Assembly: GCA_913060515.1 (NCBI GenBank)
Contig: CAJXRZ010000022.1
Span: 10,442-74,441 of the forward strand
DNA length: 64,000 bases
Direction: 5' to 3'
DNA from: an uncultured Pseudomonadota bacterium
GTDB taxonomy: Bacteria > Myxococcota_A > UBA796 > CAJQPC01
The position numbers and the translations under genes are program-made. Of the stretch, positions 9,189-18,811 are shown in pieces (position 1 is the stretch's first letter; every line of letters begins with the position of its first letter). The notes under the pieces are model-generated. The model had not been told where the DNA came from, searched no databases, and saw only the letters and a list, made by a program, of their open reading frames with translations.

Positions 9189-9976
9189 CGGGTCTCGCCG
9201 CGTGCTTGGTGGGCGGCTTGTGCCAAGCGCAGCACGGCTTGGGCGTCGCTCTTCTGGCCGGCCTGTGGTGATGGCGCCAGCAGCCCTTCCACGGCCGTGA
9301 CCGCGTCCTCCAGCTCCTGAATCCGGGCCTGATTGGGCCGCTCACTGAGGTCTGCGTGCAGATCAGCGAGGGCCTCGAAAAGGTCCCTCTCGGCGATCTC
9401 GGGCAGGTCGACCCCACGCAGCTTCAAGGCGAGCGCTCGGACGCGAACTTGGAGGGGGGTGAGGTCTTTGGACTGTGCTGCCAATCGGAGGGCGCGCTTC
9501 TGAGCGCTGTGGGTCCTGTGGGCCTTGGTGACGAGGAGGCTGCCAAGGGCTGGGCCGGCCACACCCAAGGCCAAGCCTGCGAGCACTGCGATCGGGCCAA
9601 ACGCTCCGACGAGGAGCAGGCTTCCAACTGCCAGGGCCATACCGCCCATCCCGAGGCCGATCCCACCGGCCCACGCCAGGATGTTCAGGCCTCTGACCTC
9701 CTCTACGCTGAGCCTGGGATCTTGCGCGCCAAGCTCGGCCTGGCTGCTTCCGCGGAAGACTGGGACCGGCAGCCCCTGCGCCTGAAGCTGAGCGAGGGTG
9801 TCTCGATCCAGGCCGCTGGCCAGCGCCAAGTCCTGGGGAAGGGGACCGTGATGCCAGGCAACAAGTCGGGGCAGGACTGCCGCGCTGCCACCGCCTTGGT
9901 CGGGCGTTCGCAGGGGAGCTGCGGCCTCGTTTACACGGGCCTCGCCCAAGGGGAGCTTGCTTGGAGGTGTGGACAC
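9185..9976 (-). CDS. hypothetical membrane protein
   Basis: Two Gly-rich TM segments and helical C-terminus; stop overlaps trmK start. Confidence 0.6.
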   Translation of the reverse strand: MSTPPSKLPLGEARVNEAAAPLRTPDQGGGSAAVLPRLVAWHHGPLPQDLALASGLDRDTLAQLQAQGLPVPVFRGSSQAELGAQDPRLSVEEVRGLNILAWAGGIGLGMGGMALAVGSLLLVGAFGPIAVLAGLALGVAGPALGSLLVTKAHRTHSAQKRALRLAAQSKDLTPLQVRVRALALKLRGVDLPEIAERDLFEALADLHADLSERPNQARIQELEDAVTAVEGLLAPSPQAGQKSDAQAVLRLAQAAHQARGETR

Positions 9977-9995
9977 AACAGGGCCTTATCTCGGC

Positions 9996-10787
9996 TCAGA
10001 GATACTCGCTGAGCCAGCCGCCCACCTCTTCCGCGTACTCGTCGGGAGCGTCCAGGTGAGAGCCGCCGTGCGCCGCTCCGGGCACATAGTAGAGCTCCTT
10101 TGGCTCGTTGGCCGCATCAAAGACGCGCTTGCCGTGCTCCGGCATGATGTAGGTGTCTTCGGAGCCGTGGGTGATCAGGTAGGGGACTTCGAGCTCGGCG
10201 ACCGTGGCCAGGTTGTCGAATGGGTCCTCGAACATCCAACCGCTCGGGATGTTTAGGCCAGTGTTCAAGTCGTAGAAGCTCTCCGCATCCGCGAACATGT
10301 CGTGGGTGATGAGCGCGCCTGGTGGCAGATCCAATGAGACGTGGGTGGCCACGAAACCACCCAGCGAGAGACCGACGTAGCCCAGCTCCTCAGAGGCCAT
10401 TCCTTCCTGCTCCATCACGAGCTCGACTGCGGCCCGACCGTCGGCAATCACGCCGTCGTGGCTGGCTTGCCCCTCGCTCTTGCCGTAGCCCCGGTAGTCC
10501 ATCGTAAAGATGTCCATGTTCAGCGCGTAGAGCGCCTCTACCTGGTCCATGTTGGAGTCGATGTCTCCGCTGTTCCCATGGAAGTACAAGATGGTCTTGG
10601 CTTGGTTGGGGCGCTCGGAGCGGAACCAGGCGCCGAAGAGCTGGGTTCCGTCTTCGGACTCAAAGGCCACCTCTTCAATCTGGTCTAGGGGGATGGTCTC
10701 GGACGAGAGGCCGTACTGACTGGTCGTGGATGGGTTGAAGAAGAAGGAATCCAGGCTCATGCAGCCCAGGCTGATCAAGAGAATCAC
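9996..10787 (-). CDS. alpha/beta hydrolase lipoprotein (Bem46/ABHD13-like)
   Basis: LYFHGNSG, DYRGYGKSEG, GLSLGG nucleophile elbow, HGSEDTYI; GTG 10787 overlaps upstream TGA with GGAGG RBS. Confidence 0.88.
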   Translation of the reverse strand: MILLISLGCMSLDSFFFNPSTTSQYGLSSETIPLDQIEEVAFESEDGTQLFGAWFRSERPNQAKTILYFHGNSGDIDSNMDQVEALYALNMDIFTMDYRGYGKSEGQASHDGVIADGRAAVELVMEQEGMASEELGYVGLSLGGFVATHVSLDLPPGALITHDMFADAESFYDLNTGLNIPSGWMFEDPFDNLATVAELEVPYLITHGSEDTYIMPEHGKRVFDAANEPKELYYVPGAAHGGSHLDAPDEYAEEVGGWLSEYL

Positions 10788-11434
10788 TGGCCACCTCCAA
10801 AGGCTACGTCCAGGCCGATCTGCGGAACGAGCACCCCCTGCTGCCCGATGCCGTACCAACGAATGGTGAAGGGATCCGTGTTCGTAGACCCGCCCATCCA
10901 CTTCAGCTCTGTGCTGAGCCCGACACGTTCGCCCAAGCGCAGCTGATGGCCGATCAGCGGCCCTGCGATGGGCTGCCAGGGGAGGGGTTGGATGAAGAGA
11001 TCCGCGCCGGTGTAGACCAAGTTCCCACGCTGGCCGTACTGCCAGCTCGCCAGTGCCGCGACGTTTCCGTAGAGCCGGAATCCACCCTCGGGCTCGCCTT
11101 CCGAGAGATCGCCAAAGATGGCGGTCACGGTGCCATCGACGAGGATGGCGGGCCGGGCCCCGTCCTGGTCGAAGATGAGGTAGGAGGCCCCTGCGTCCAG
11201 GCCGCCCACTCCGAAGAGCAGCGCCATGGAGGGGTGGAAGGCCGCATGAATGTCGCTGCGATCGCTGATGCCGTGGCGTACCCCGACCGTAGAGATGGGC
11301 AGCGGCACCGGGGCGCCAAAGAGCTGGGCGGTGGGCCCGCCTACGCTGGCGTTGACAGCGGTCTTCCCTTTGCCGAGCGGGCGGACGCCGTGGTTGACCG
11401 AGCAGCCGATCAAGAGCATGAACAGTGTGAGCAT
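10784..11434 (-). CDS. hypothetical lipoprotein, probable beta-barrel
   Basis: MLTLFMLLIG-C start; alternating amphipathic strands. Confidence 0.6.
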   Translation of the reverse strand: MLTLFMLLIGCSVNHGVRPLGKGKTAVNASVGGPTAQLFGAPVPLPISTVGVRHGISDRSDIHAAFHPSMALLFGVGGLDAGASYLIFDQDGARPAILVDGTVTAIFGDLSEGEPEGGFRLYGNVAALASWQYGQRGNLVYTGADLFIQPLPWQPIAGPLIGHQLRLGERVGLSTELKWMGGSTNTDPFTIRWYGIGQQGVLVPQIGLDVAFGGGQ

Positions 11435-11452
11435 TGGCCAGAGGTACCACGA

Positions 11453-12034
11453 GTGGCACGCGAGATTCCATCGCTGATTGCTGCACCAGCGGCTTGGGTT
11501 CTCCGCTTTTGGCGGTGGACCTGGCGGGTGGAGCGAAGCGGCGATCCGATGTTCGGCGCTCCCGGCTTGGTGATGGCGTGTCTGCATCAGGACCTGGCTG
11601 CAGCTGGCTTGTTGAACAGCGATCTGCGCATTCGCCCCTTGGTGAGCCAGTCTTGGGATGGTGAGCGCCTCAACTCTCTGCTTGTGCAGATCGGCTACGG
11701 CGTGAGCGTCCGTGGCAGCTCAAGTCGTGGTGGTCCCAAGGCCAGGGAGGAGCTCCTGGCCTACTTGGCCTCGGGTGGGGCCACAGGAATCGCCGTTGAC
11801 GGCCCGCGGGGCCCGGCCAAAGTGCCCAAGCCTGGGGCAGCCAGCTTGGCGCGGCACGGTCCACTGATCTACGTGCGTGTTCGGTCCAAGCCTGTGCTGC
11901 GCTTGAAGAGCTGGGACCGGGCTCAGATTCCGCTACCATTTGCAAGGATACAGCTACGCTATGAGTTGATTCCAGGGCGGAGCGCCGAGGAGAGGCAGGC
12001 TGGTCTGGCCCGCGCAATCGACGCGCCGTGGTAG
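11453..12034 (+). CDS. DUF374 / lysophospholipid acyltransferase family protein
   Basis: LVSQSWDGE, VRGSSSRGG, IAVDGPRGP and SWDRAQIPLPFAR motifs; start inferred at GTG 11453. Confidence 0.85.
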   Translation: MAREIPSLIAAPAAWVLRFWRWTWRVERSGDPMFGAPGLVMACLHQDLAAAGLLNSDLRIRPLVSQSWDGERLNSLLVQIGYGVSVRGSSSRGGPKAREELLAYLASGGATGIAVDGPRGPAKVPKPGAASLARHGPLIYVRVRSKPVLRLKSWDRAQIPLPFARIQLRYELIPGRSAEERQAGLARAIDAPW

Positions 12035-12043
12035 TTTGCCTGC

Positions 12044-12844
12044 ATGTCTTCAAGCATGTCAGCGAGCCCCTGGTGGACCTCTCGTTTCGGCGCCCTCGCG
12101 GCGGTTGACCCTGCCTTTGCGGGCTTAGTAGATGCGTATGCAGAGGCGCAGGTCGATCTGATCGAGCGACTCGCTGAGCTGCCTCCTGGGGGCCGCGTGC
12201 TCGATCTGGGCTGCGGCGGCGGCCGACATGGAATCTTGCTTCAAGAGCGAGGCCACTCCGTCGTAGGCGTTGACCTAAGCCAAGAGGTGATCGCTCTGGC
12301 CCAGGAGAACTGGGACATCCGAAACCCGGGCGTGGACGGTCCACACTTTGTGGTGGGGGACATGCGCGCTCCACCCGTAGAGGGCAGCTTCTCTGCGGTG
12401 CTGTTGATGGACGCGTCCTTGGGGGTCTTTGACGACGACGCGGAGCACCTTCGGGTCCTCACCGCTGCCGCCGATCGATTGGAGCCCGGTGGTGCGCTGG
12501 TTCTGGAGCTTCTGAATCCCTATTTCTGGGCACATCGAAACCTGACCCAACACTTCCCGCCGGGAAGCGTGGCTCCAAACGCGGACATCCTGCGCAGCTA
12601 TCGCTTTGATCCGCTCGCAGGACGCGTTCAGGATCGCATCACCGTGTTCGAGGATGGAAAGCGCCGGGTGCTGCCAACGCAGAGCTTGCGGTGTTGGACG
12701 CCCCCTGAGATTGCCGGACTCTCGAGCGCCGCGGGATTCTCCCAGGTGCAGATTATCGGCAGCGATGGATGGCAAGTGCCCAGCGGTCCAGGCCGCCTGG
12801 ATCCCGAGAACTCCGCGATGATCTGGGTCTTGGCCCGGCTGTGA
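12044..12844 (+). CDS. class I SAM-dependent methyltransferase
   Basis: VLDLGCGGGRH, GVDLS, GDMR and LEPGGALVLE motifs. Confidence 0.9.
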   Translation: MSSSMSASPWWTSRFGALAAVDPAFAGLVDAYAEAQVDLIERLAELPPGGRVLDLGCGGGRHGILLQERGHSVVGVDLSQEVIALAQENWDIRNPGVDGPHFVVGDMRAPPVEGSFSAVLLMDASLGVFDDDAEHLRVLTAAADRLEPGGALVLELLNPYFWAHRNLTQHFPPGSVAPNADILRSYRFDPLAGRVQDRITVFEDGKRRVLPTQSLRCWTPPEIAGLSSAAGFSQVQIIGSDGWQVPSGPGRLDPENSAMIWVLARL

Positions 12845-13233
12845 GCTTGCAGGAGATCCTCAAGGGTGAGCGCGACGAAGCCGTTGCGGAGGCGGCCTTT
12901 GAGCGCAACCGGGCAGAGCAAGCGCTGCTCCGAAACCAGGCCATGCGGGACGAAGTGCGCGGACTGCGTCGTCAGTTGCGAGAGATCTTGGGTGAGAACC
13001 ATGCCCTGGAGAGCAGCAGAGACAGCAGCTCAGCCCAGCTCGCAGAGCAGCTTCGCTTGGCCGTAGACACCAACTGGCGGCTGGAGCGCGACCGAGCACA
13101 CTTGGCCCGAAAGGCCCAGCAGTTGGAGGCCCGCGTTCAGGACCAAGCTGGAGAGCTGGCCCGGCTTCGTGCGCGCGTCAGGGCGCTGCAAGGTCAGCTG
13201 CGTCTGGTCTCCGCCCAAGACACGGATCCCTAA
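12841..13233 (+). CDS. coiled-coil hypothetical protein
   Basis: GTG overlaps upstream stop; continuous heptad pattern. Confidence 0.6.
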   Translation: MSLQEILKGERDEAVAEAAFERNRAEQALLRNQAMRDEVRGLRRQLREILGENHALESSRDSSSAQLAEQLRLAVDTNWRLERDRAHLARKAQQLEARVQDQAGELARLRARVRALQGQLRLVSAQDTDP

Positions 13234-13266
13234 GAATTCCGTGTTGGGGGCTGGATTCCTGGGCGC

Positions 13267-13446
13267 TTAGCTCTTGCGCTTCGGCTTTGGACGCTCAAGC
13301 TTGGCCTTGACCACCTCGACGCTGTCATCGGGGGGCAGGTTGCGTTCAAAGGGCTTGATCTCTTCAGGTGCGGCTGCGCTGCTCTCACCGGAGAAGCGGT
13401 CCACGACACTGTTGAGCTTTCCCTTGATGCGGTCGCGCAGTCCCAT
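13267..13446 (-). CDS. small hypothetical protein (59 aa)
   Basis: AAAGGA RBS, MGLRDRIKGKL amphipathic start, typical codon usage. Confidence 0.55.
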   Translation of the reverse strand: MGLRDRIKGKLNSVVDRFSGESSAAAPEEIKPFERNLPPDDSVEVVKAKLERPKPKRKS

Positions 13447-13574
13447 CGGACATCCTTTACTTGTCCCAACGGTAGCGCCCGTCTCCACCAGGGGCAAGCC
13501 CCGGCTCTCACCCCGCTCTCCGTGCACCCGTGGTAGAACGGCTGCCCGCTGCCTGCGGTTTGTTGGAGGAATGC

Positions 13575-14117
13575 ATGGGCAACTCGCTCACCCTTGAGAG
13601 CATCATTAGCTTCTTGTTGGACACCCCGATGTTCTGCGATCTGAAGCCGGACGAGTTGGCCGAGATCGTGCACGTCATGCAGCTTCAGCGCATGCGTGAT
13701 GGTCAACGCATCTTCCGAGAAGGCGAGGACGGCGATGCCTGGTACGTGGTCCACGAGGGCCAAGTCATGGTCACCAAGGATCGCTTGATGGGTCCCAGCG
13801 AAGAGCTGGCCCGCCTTGGCTCCAAGGTTTGTTTCGGTGAGATGGCCCTGATCGACGGCTCGCCGCGCAGCGCGTCGGTCACCGCGGTGGGAGAGGGCAC
13901 TCTGTTTCGCTTCCCCAAGGCGGACTTTGATGAGCTCTTGAACGAGGGCAACATCGCTGCCTTCAAGCTCATTCACGAAATGGCCAAGGTGCTCTGTGAG
14001 CGTCAGCGCGGCATGACCCAGCGCATCACCAGCTTGGTGACCGACGATGCCCAGACCGCTGAGAGCATGCGGGACGAGCTGCGTCCGGTGGTCGAAGAGC
14101 ACACCGTCCACGAGTAG
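13575..14117 (+). CDS. stand-alone cyclic nucleotide-binding domain protein
   Basis: IFREGEDGDAWYVV, FGEMALIDGSPRSASV phosphate-binding cassette; GGAGGA RBS; no HTH. Confidence 0.9.
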   Translation: MGNSLTLESIISFLLDTPMFCDLKPDELAEIVHVMQLQRMRDGQRIFREGEDGDAWYVVHEGQVMVTKDRLMGPSEELARLGSKVCFGEMALIDGSPRSASVTAVGEGTLFRFPKADFDELLNEGNIAAFKLIHEMAKVLCERQRGMTQRITSLVTDDAQTAESMRDELRPVVEEHTVHE

Positions 14118-14156
14118 CGTTGGAATGCCCCTGTTCTCTGGGGCATTGTGAGGACG

Positions 14157-14780
14157 ATGACCTCTCTACTGCTCAGCATTCTCTTTGCCGTCGAACAGGC
14201 GCCTGCAGTGTCTGCACAGGTGCCGACCCTCGTGGCCAGCGTCGAGACCCGTGACATCCACCAGCTCTTCAAGGAGTACGCCTCCGACCAGGGCTGGAGC
14301 GGTGCCGAGTCCAAGCTGGCCTGCAAGGTGCTCGCTGGGCCACTGACCCTCTGCCTGAAGGCGGAGGAGCAAGGAAAGCGCCGCTACGTCACACAGGCCG
14401 ATCTGCAGCTCTGGCGGCTGGATCAGGACCAAGCCCAGGCCAAGGCGGGAGAGATCCTGTCTGTCTCGCCCTGGGTTCCGGTTGAGATTGAAGGGGGCGG
14501 CCGCTACTTCCAGGCCAAGACGTCTCCCGGTCACGAGGCCACTGTCTTCTTGCACCCTGAGTGGCTGCTGGAGTTGGGGCCCACACCTCGAATCGCGGCC
14601 CCGTCCAAGGGGGTTGTGGTGGCGTGGCCCGGTGGAGACAAAGAGCTCGACCAGATCATGGCCGTCGGTGTGCGCAAGATGTCCGATGAGCTGCCCGAGA
14701 GCCTCTCGCCCATGGCCCTGACCTGGAACGGCCAAGCGTGGGTCGCTTGGGGGCAGGCCAAGGCCAAGGCCACAAAGTAG
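14157..14780 (+). CDS. exported hypothetical protein, DUF1444-like (weak)
   Basis: Short hydrophobic N-terminus; RRYVTQADLQLWRL segment. Confidence 0.55.
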   Translation: MTSLLLSILFAVEQAPAVSAQVPTLVASVETRDIHQLFKEYASDQGWSGAESKLACKVLAGPLTLCLKAEEQGKRRYVTQADLQLWRLDQDQAQAKAGEILSVSPWVPVEIEGGGRYFQAKTSPGHEATVFLHPEWLLELGPTPRIAAPSKGVVVAWPGGDKELDQIMAVGVRKMSDELPESLSPMALTWNGQAWVAWGQAKAKATK

Positions 14781-14828
14781 AGACAGCGCGGGATACACTG
14801 GGCGCCTTGTAGTGGAGGCCCTTTGAGC

Positions 14829-15449
14829 ATGTTTCAGGCCCTGGTTCGTGGTGCGCTCTCTCGCGTTGCCAAGCGCGTTGCCAAGGACGGCCTCTTTGAG
14901 AAGGAGGGGGAGCGCGCGCCTACAGCCCCGCTGTCCAATCGCGCTGAGCCGGAGCCCGGCCGTGGATTCTCCGAGAAGCTCCAGGAGCCCGGTCCGGATC
15001 CACGTGCGCTCTGTCAGCCTGCTGGACTGCGCGCCGTGCTCGAGCGCGTCTCGGAGCAGGATGGCGTCTTGGTGCTCCACCACTGGGCCACTTGGTGCGC
15101 CCCCTGTGAGGAAGAGCTGCCGCTGATCCAGGCCCTGGCCGAGTCGCTTCAGGACCACGGCGAGGTGCTTGGCCTGAGCTGGGATGCCTTCGAGGGGGGA
15201 GGAGACCCACAGGACATGAGCGTCGCTGTTGGCCGCTATGCCAAGGAGCACGGCGTGGACTTCCCAACTCTGCTGTTGACGGACGCGCCTGAGAAGGTCT
15301 TCAAGGCCCTAAGTTTGGACTTCCAGCGCATCCCTCAGACCCGTGTGCTGGCCCCCGATGGCCGCGTGCTGCTTCAGCACGACGGCGCGATGACCCAAGA
15401 CGACATCGACGGCCTTCTGGCTCTGGTGCATGACCTGGACGCTCAATGA
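14829..15449 (+). CDS. TlpA/ResA-family thioredoxin-like disulfide reductase
   Basis: HHWATWCAPCEEELP and IPQTRVLAPDGRV (cis-Pro) motifs. Confidence 0.88.
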   Translation: MFQALVRGALSRVAKRVAKDGLFEKEGERAPTAPLSNRAEPEPGRGFSEKLQEPGPDPRALCQPAGLRAVLERVSEQDGVLVLHHWATWCAPCEEELPLIQALAESLQDHGEVLGLSWDAFEGGGDPQDMSVAVGRYAKEHGVDFPTLLLTDAPEKVFKALSLDFQRIPQTRVLAPDGRVLLQHDGAMTQDDIDGLLALVHDLDAQ

Positions 15450-16978
15450 CCTCGACTGCGCTACTGCTCTTTGCTTGTGTTCGACCTGCAGCGGTCCCAG
15501 CCAGTGCGCCCAGTGCGGACAGCAGGGAGATCCTGGTCCTCCACACCAACGACCAGCACGGTCACTATCTGCCTGAGCGCGCACCCTGGCTGGATGGAGA
15601 GCCTGAGATCGGCGGCACGGTGCTGCTGGATCAGTACATCCGTGGCGCACGCCAGAGCCATGGTGCCGAGCGGACCCTGCTGCTCGACGGTGGGGACTTG
15701 CTCTCGGGGACACCGCTGACCGACATGGAGGTGCGTGGCTCCAAGGGCGGCGCCATGCTCGATGTGCTGGAGATCCTTGGCTACGACGCATGGGCCATCG
15801 GCAACCATGAGCTGGACAAGGGCTGGGAGAACACCAGCGCCTTTGTGTCCGACTCCAAAGTTCAGGTGCTCTCGGCCAACTTGGTCAAGGAGAGCGGCGG
15901 CATGGCCTTTCCCGGTCAGGCACCCTCCAAGATCTACACCCTCGGGGAGGTCACGGTCGGTGTGATCGGCGCCACGACCGAGGGTATGGACTACTTGGTC
16001 TCCTCGCGGGCCTTTGAGGGACTGGACATTGAGCCCGTCCTGGACACCGTAGGCCCCGAGGTCGCCAGACTGCGGCCACAGGTGGACTTGGTCGTCCTGC
16101 TGACCCACATCGGTGTGGAAGAGGACCAAGCCATCGCGGAGGCCGTTCCTGGCATCGACCTCATCGTCGGCGGCCACAGCCACACCTACCAAACCCCAGC
16201 GATTCAAGCAGGTTCGACCTGGATCGTTCAGGCGGGAAGCTACGCGCGCTCCCTGGGAAGCTTGCAGATTCGGGTGGGGGACAATGGGGGAATTGAGAGC
16301 CTGGAATACACTCTGGTTGACCTGGTGCCAGCCGCAGCTCCTTCTGAGCCACGTCCCGAAGTCGAGGCCATGGTGGCCCAGTACGACGCGGAGATCCGCT
16401 CCTTCTACGACGTAGAGATCGGAAGCTGCGCCGAGACCTTGACCCGGGACTACTACCGCCAGAGCCCCCTGGGAAGCTGGGCGACCGACATGATGCGTGC
16501 GGAGACTGGGGCGGAGCTGGCCATGTACAACGGCGGAGGGCTGCGATCCGACTTGCCTGCCGGCCCGATTCAACGTCGGGACCTGTACAACATCTTCCCC
16601 TTCGGGAATGAAGTGGTGACCTTCCAGATCAGCGGAACGGAGCTGATGGCCCTGCTCTTGGCCAACGTGATGGCGGCCGAGGAGGAGAGCCGTGGGGCCA
16701 TCCAAGTCTCGGGCACCAGCCTGGTTTGGCGCGAGGTGATGAGCGCGCCTGAGGTGGTCAAGATCGAGGTGAACGGCCAGCCTTTGGAGCCTGAGCGGCT
16801 GTACACCGTGGCCACCAACTCCTACGTCGTGGACCAAGCAGAGCGATACCTGGCAGGTGCCGTCCCCAAGAACGTTGAGCCCACTGGGCAGAGCGTCTTT
16901 GAGCTGGCCAACAACTACGTGAGTCGGGTGGGGGAGGTCACGCTTCCTGGCGATGCCCGGTTGACCCGCTTGCCCTGA
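15446..16978 (+). CDS. bifunctional metallophosphatase/5'-nucleotidase lipoprotein
   Basis: LHTNDQHG, LDGGD, IGNHELD, LTHIG, VGGHSH, NGGGLR and IFPFGN motifs. Confidence 0.93.
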   Translation: MTSTALLLFACVRPAAVPASAPSADSREILVLHTNDQHGHYLPERAPWLDGEPEIGGTVLLDQYIRGARQSHGAERTLLLDGGDLLSGTPLTDMEVRGSKGGAMLDVLEILGYDAWAIGNHELDKGWENTSAFVSDSKVQVLSANLVKESGGMAFPGQAPSKIYTLGEVTVGVIGATTEGMDYLVSSRAFEGLDIEPVLDTVGPEVARLRPQVDLVVLLTHIGVEEDQAIAEAVPGIDLIVGGHSHTYQTPAIQAGSTWIVQAGSYARSLGSLQIRVGDNGGIESLEYTLVDLVPAAAPSEPRPEVEAMVAQYDAEIRSFYDVEIGSCAETLTRDYYRQSPLGSWATDMMRAETGAELAMYNGGGLRSDLPAGPIQRRDLYNIFPFGNEVVTFQISGTELMALLLANVMAAEEESRGAIQVSGTSLVWREVMSAPEVVKIEVNGQPLEPERLYTVATNSYVVDQAERYLAGAVPKNVEPTGQSVFELANNYVSRVGEVTLPGDARLTRLP

Positions 16979-17000
16979 GCGGGTGGCTCCCCTTGGGAGC

Positions 17001-18008
17001 TCAGTCGTCGGTCTCGCGCATCGGACCGTCTGGCAGGTCTTCCCAGAGCACTTCGCCCGGTGCGTACACGGTCGCTTGGAACTGGCGGTGGACCACCTTC
17101 TCGTTCCGGTCCTCTGGGTCCTGGCCAGGTACCCATGCGGCCAGGGCCTCGTCGAGTGCCTGGTCAACCGGGGTGAGGGGCAGCCCCATGGACTCGCTCA
17201 TCGCGCCCATGTCCACTTCGTGGTCCTCGCCGTAGAGCAGGGCCTGGCGCTGGATCCAGTGCTTCCACCGTCGCCCGGCGACACGGGCCAAGTTGGCTGC
17301 GACCATGCTGCCGGCGCCGCTCCAGATGGGCCCTGAGCTGGCGCCCGCCTTGTCCAAGGCGCGCTGCACGAGATCTTCCATCTTCATTGTCTCGGGTCCA
17401 CCGATCTCCAGGGTGGCGTGCTTCGCGGAGGGGTGGTCCAGGCTGGCCACGGAGAAGAGGGCAGCGTCCCGGCGAGCCAGGGGGCTGATCTGCGCGTCCT
17501 TGCTACCCCAGAATCGCGGGCGCTCTCCGTCCGCGCAGTCTTTGGCCAGCTTCGCGAACTCTTCGACGAAGGGCGCACAGCGCAGGATGGTGTGGGAGAG
17601 CCCCGATGCGCGCAGGTGTTCTTCGGCCTGGCGTTGGCTGTCGAAGTGGGGGTTCTCGTAGCCGCGTCCTGCGCCGATGCAGCTGACCATCACGAAGTGC
17701 TGGACGCCGCGCAGCTTGGCAGCCTCGACCAGGTCAATGCTGCCCTGGAGGGTGGTCACGCTGTGGTGGTTCTCGCTGCTCTCCACCTCCACGCCGGCAG
17801 CGTGGATCACATGAGAGCAACCCTTCGAAGCGCGCCGCAGCGACTGAGGGTCGCGCAGATCTCCGAAGAAATAGGTGCAGCCGGTGTCGTTGAGCCAGAA
17901 GTACTCCGAGCCCGCCCGTACCAAGGCCCGAACGTCCATCTTCGCCGCGCGCAGCAGGCGGACTATCTGTCCGCCGAGTCGGCCGGTGGCCCCAGTCACC
18001 AAGATCAT
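17001..18008 (-). CDS. NmrA-like NAD(P)-binding SDR protein
   Basis: MILVTGATGRLG, GDLRDPQSL and LEIGGPE motifs. Confidence 0.88.
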   Translation of the reverse strand: MILVTGATGRLGGQIVRLLRAAKMDVRALVRAGSEYFWLNDTGCTYFFGDLRDPQSLRRASKGCSHVIHAAGVEVESSENHHSVTTLQGSIDLVEAAKLRGVQHFVMVSCIGAGRGYENPHFDSQRQAEEHLRASGLSHTILRCAPFVEEFAKLAKDCADGERPRFWGSKDAQISPLARRDAALFSVASLDHPSAKHATLEIGGPETMKMEDLVQRALDKAGASSGPIWSGAGSMVAANLARVAGRRWKHWIQRQALLYGEDHEVDMGAMSESMGLPLTPVDQALDEALAAWVPGQDPEDRNEKVVHRQFQATVYAPGEVLWEDLPDGPMRETDD

Positions 18009-18086
18009 GCAAGCCTCATATCAGTGGTGCAACATGTATCGTCTCCGGCCCGATGGACAAGGCCGCAAAGGCCAGGAGGTCACACT

Positions 18087-18437
18087 GTGGCTGGACAGGA
18101 CGAAAGCAAAGGCCCCGAGCAGGAGCCGTTGGCCCCACTACTAGGGGAAGCTGTCATGGAGCTCTTTGGCGGCTTGACCCGCCGTGGGCGCCGTTCAATG
18201 GGGGATCTGGCGAAGCGGGGTCGGGAGAAGCTGGAAGCGAACCAGGCCCGGAAAGATGTAGACCAGCTCTATCAGAAGTTGGGCCGCGAGACGCTGCGCT
18301 TGGTTCAGGCGGGCGAGGTCACCCATCCTGGCTTGATGGCCGGTGTGGATCGGATCACCCAGCATGAGCAGCGCCTTGAGGAGGCGGAAGCCCGCGTGCG
18401 AACGGACTCATCGCCTGCACCGGAGGGAGAAGAGTGA
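18087..18437 (+). CDS. small helical hypothetical protein
   Basis: AGGAGGT RBS before GTG 18087; DQLYQKLGRE helical region. Confidence 0.6.
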   Translation: MAGQDESKGPEQEPLAPLLGEAVMELFGGLTRRGRRSMGDLAKRGREKLEANQARKDVDQLYQKLGRETLRLVQAGEVTHPGLMAGVDRITQHEQRLEEAEARVRTDSSPAPEGEE

Positions 18438-18458
18438 GCTTTTTTGGATGCGCCGCTC

Positions 18459-18487
18459 TTGCCCCGGCAAGACGCGACCATTAGATA
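18459..18487 (+). promoter_or_regulatory. putative sigma70 promoter of tRNA-Ala
   Basis: TTGCCC-17 nt-TAGATA, about 45 nt upstream of the tRNA. Confidence 0.4.
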
Positions 18488-18530
18488 GCGGAAGCTCGCC
18501 GGGACAGCCCGGTTGCGCTCTTGACCACGT

Positions 18531-18606
18531 GGGGCTGTAGCTCAGCTGGGAGAGCACCTGCATGGCATGCAGGGGGTCAGGGGTTCGAGTCCCCTCAGCT
18601 CCACCA
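18531..18606 (+). tRNA. tRNA-Ala (GGC)
   Basis: GGGGCTG/CAGCTCC acceptor stem, CCTGC-AT GGC AT-GCAGG anticodon arm, GGTTCGAGTCC T arm, encoded CCA. Confidence 0.97.
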
Positions 18607-18609
18607 TTG

Positions 18610-18641
18610 AAACACCCGTCGGTATCCCCGGCGGGTGTTTT
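18610..18641 (+). terminator. rho-independent terminator after tRNA-Ala
   Basis: AAACACCCGTCGG-loop-CCGGCGGGTGTTTT. Confidence 0.75.
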
Positions 18642-18811
18642 CACTCTGGGCTGCCTTCCGCTTGGCCGCTCCTTTTGTCAGCGCGCCAGTAGCGCAGCCC
18701 TCTCATTTACCGATGGAGGGCCGAACGACACTTGCGTGTTAGAAGAATGGGCCCTGTTTGTTTGGGCAGCGTCACGCTGCCTGTGGCTCAAGCCCACCTC
18801 GGAGAGAATCA

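Noticed and set aside
9996..11486. 496-aa ORF as listed in the track
   Set aside because: N-terminal half is an off-frame read of the upstream gene; the hydrolase most plausibly starts at GTG 10787
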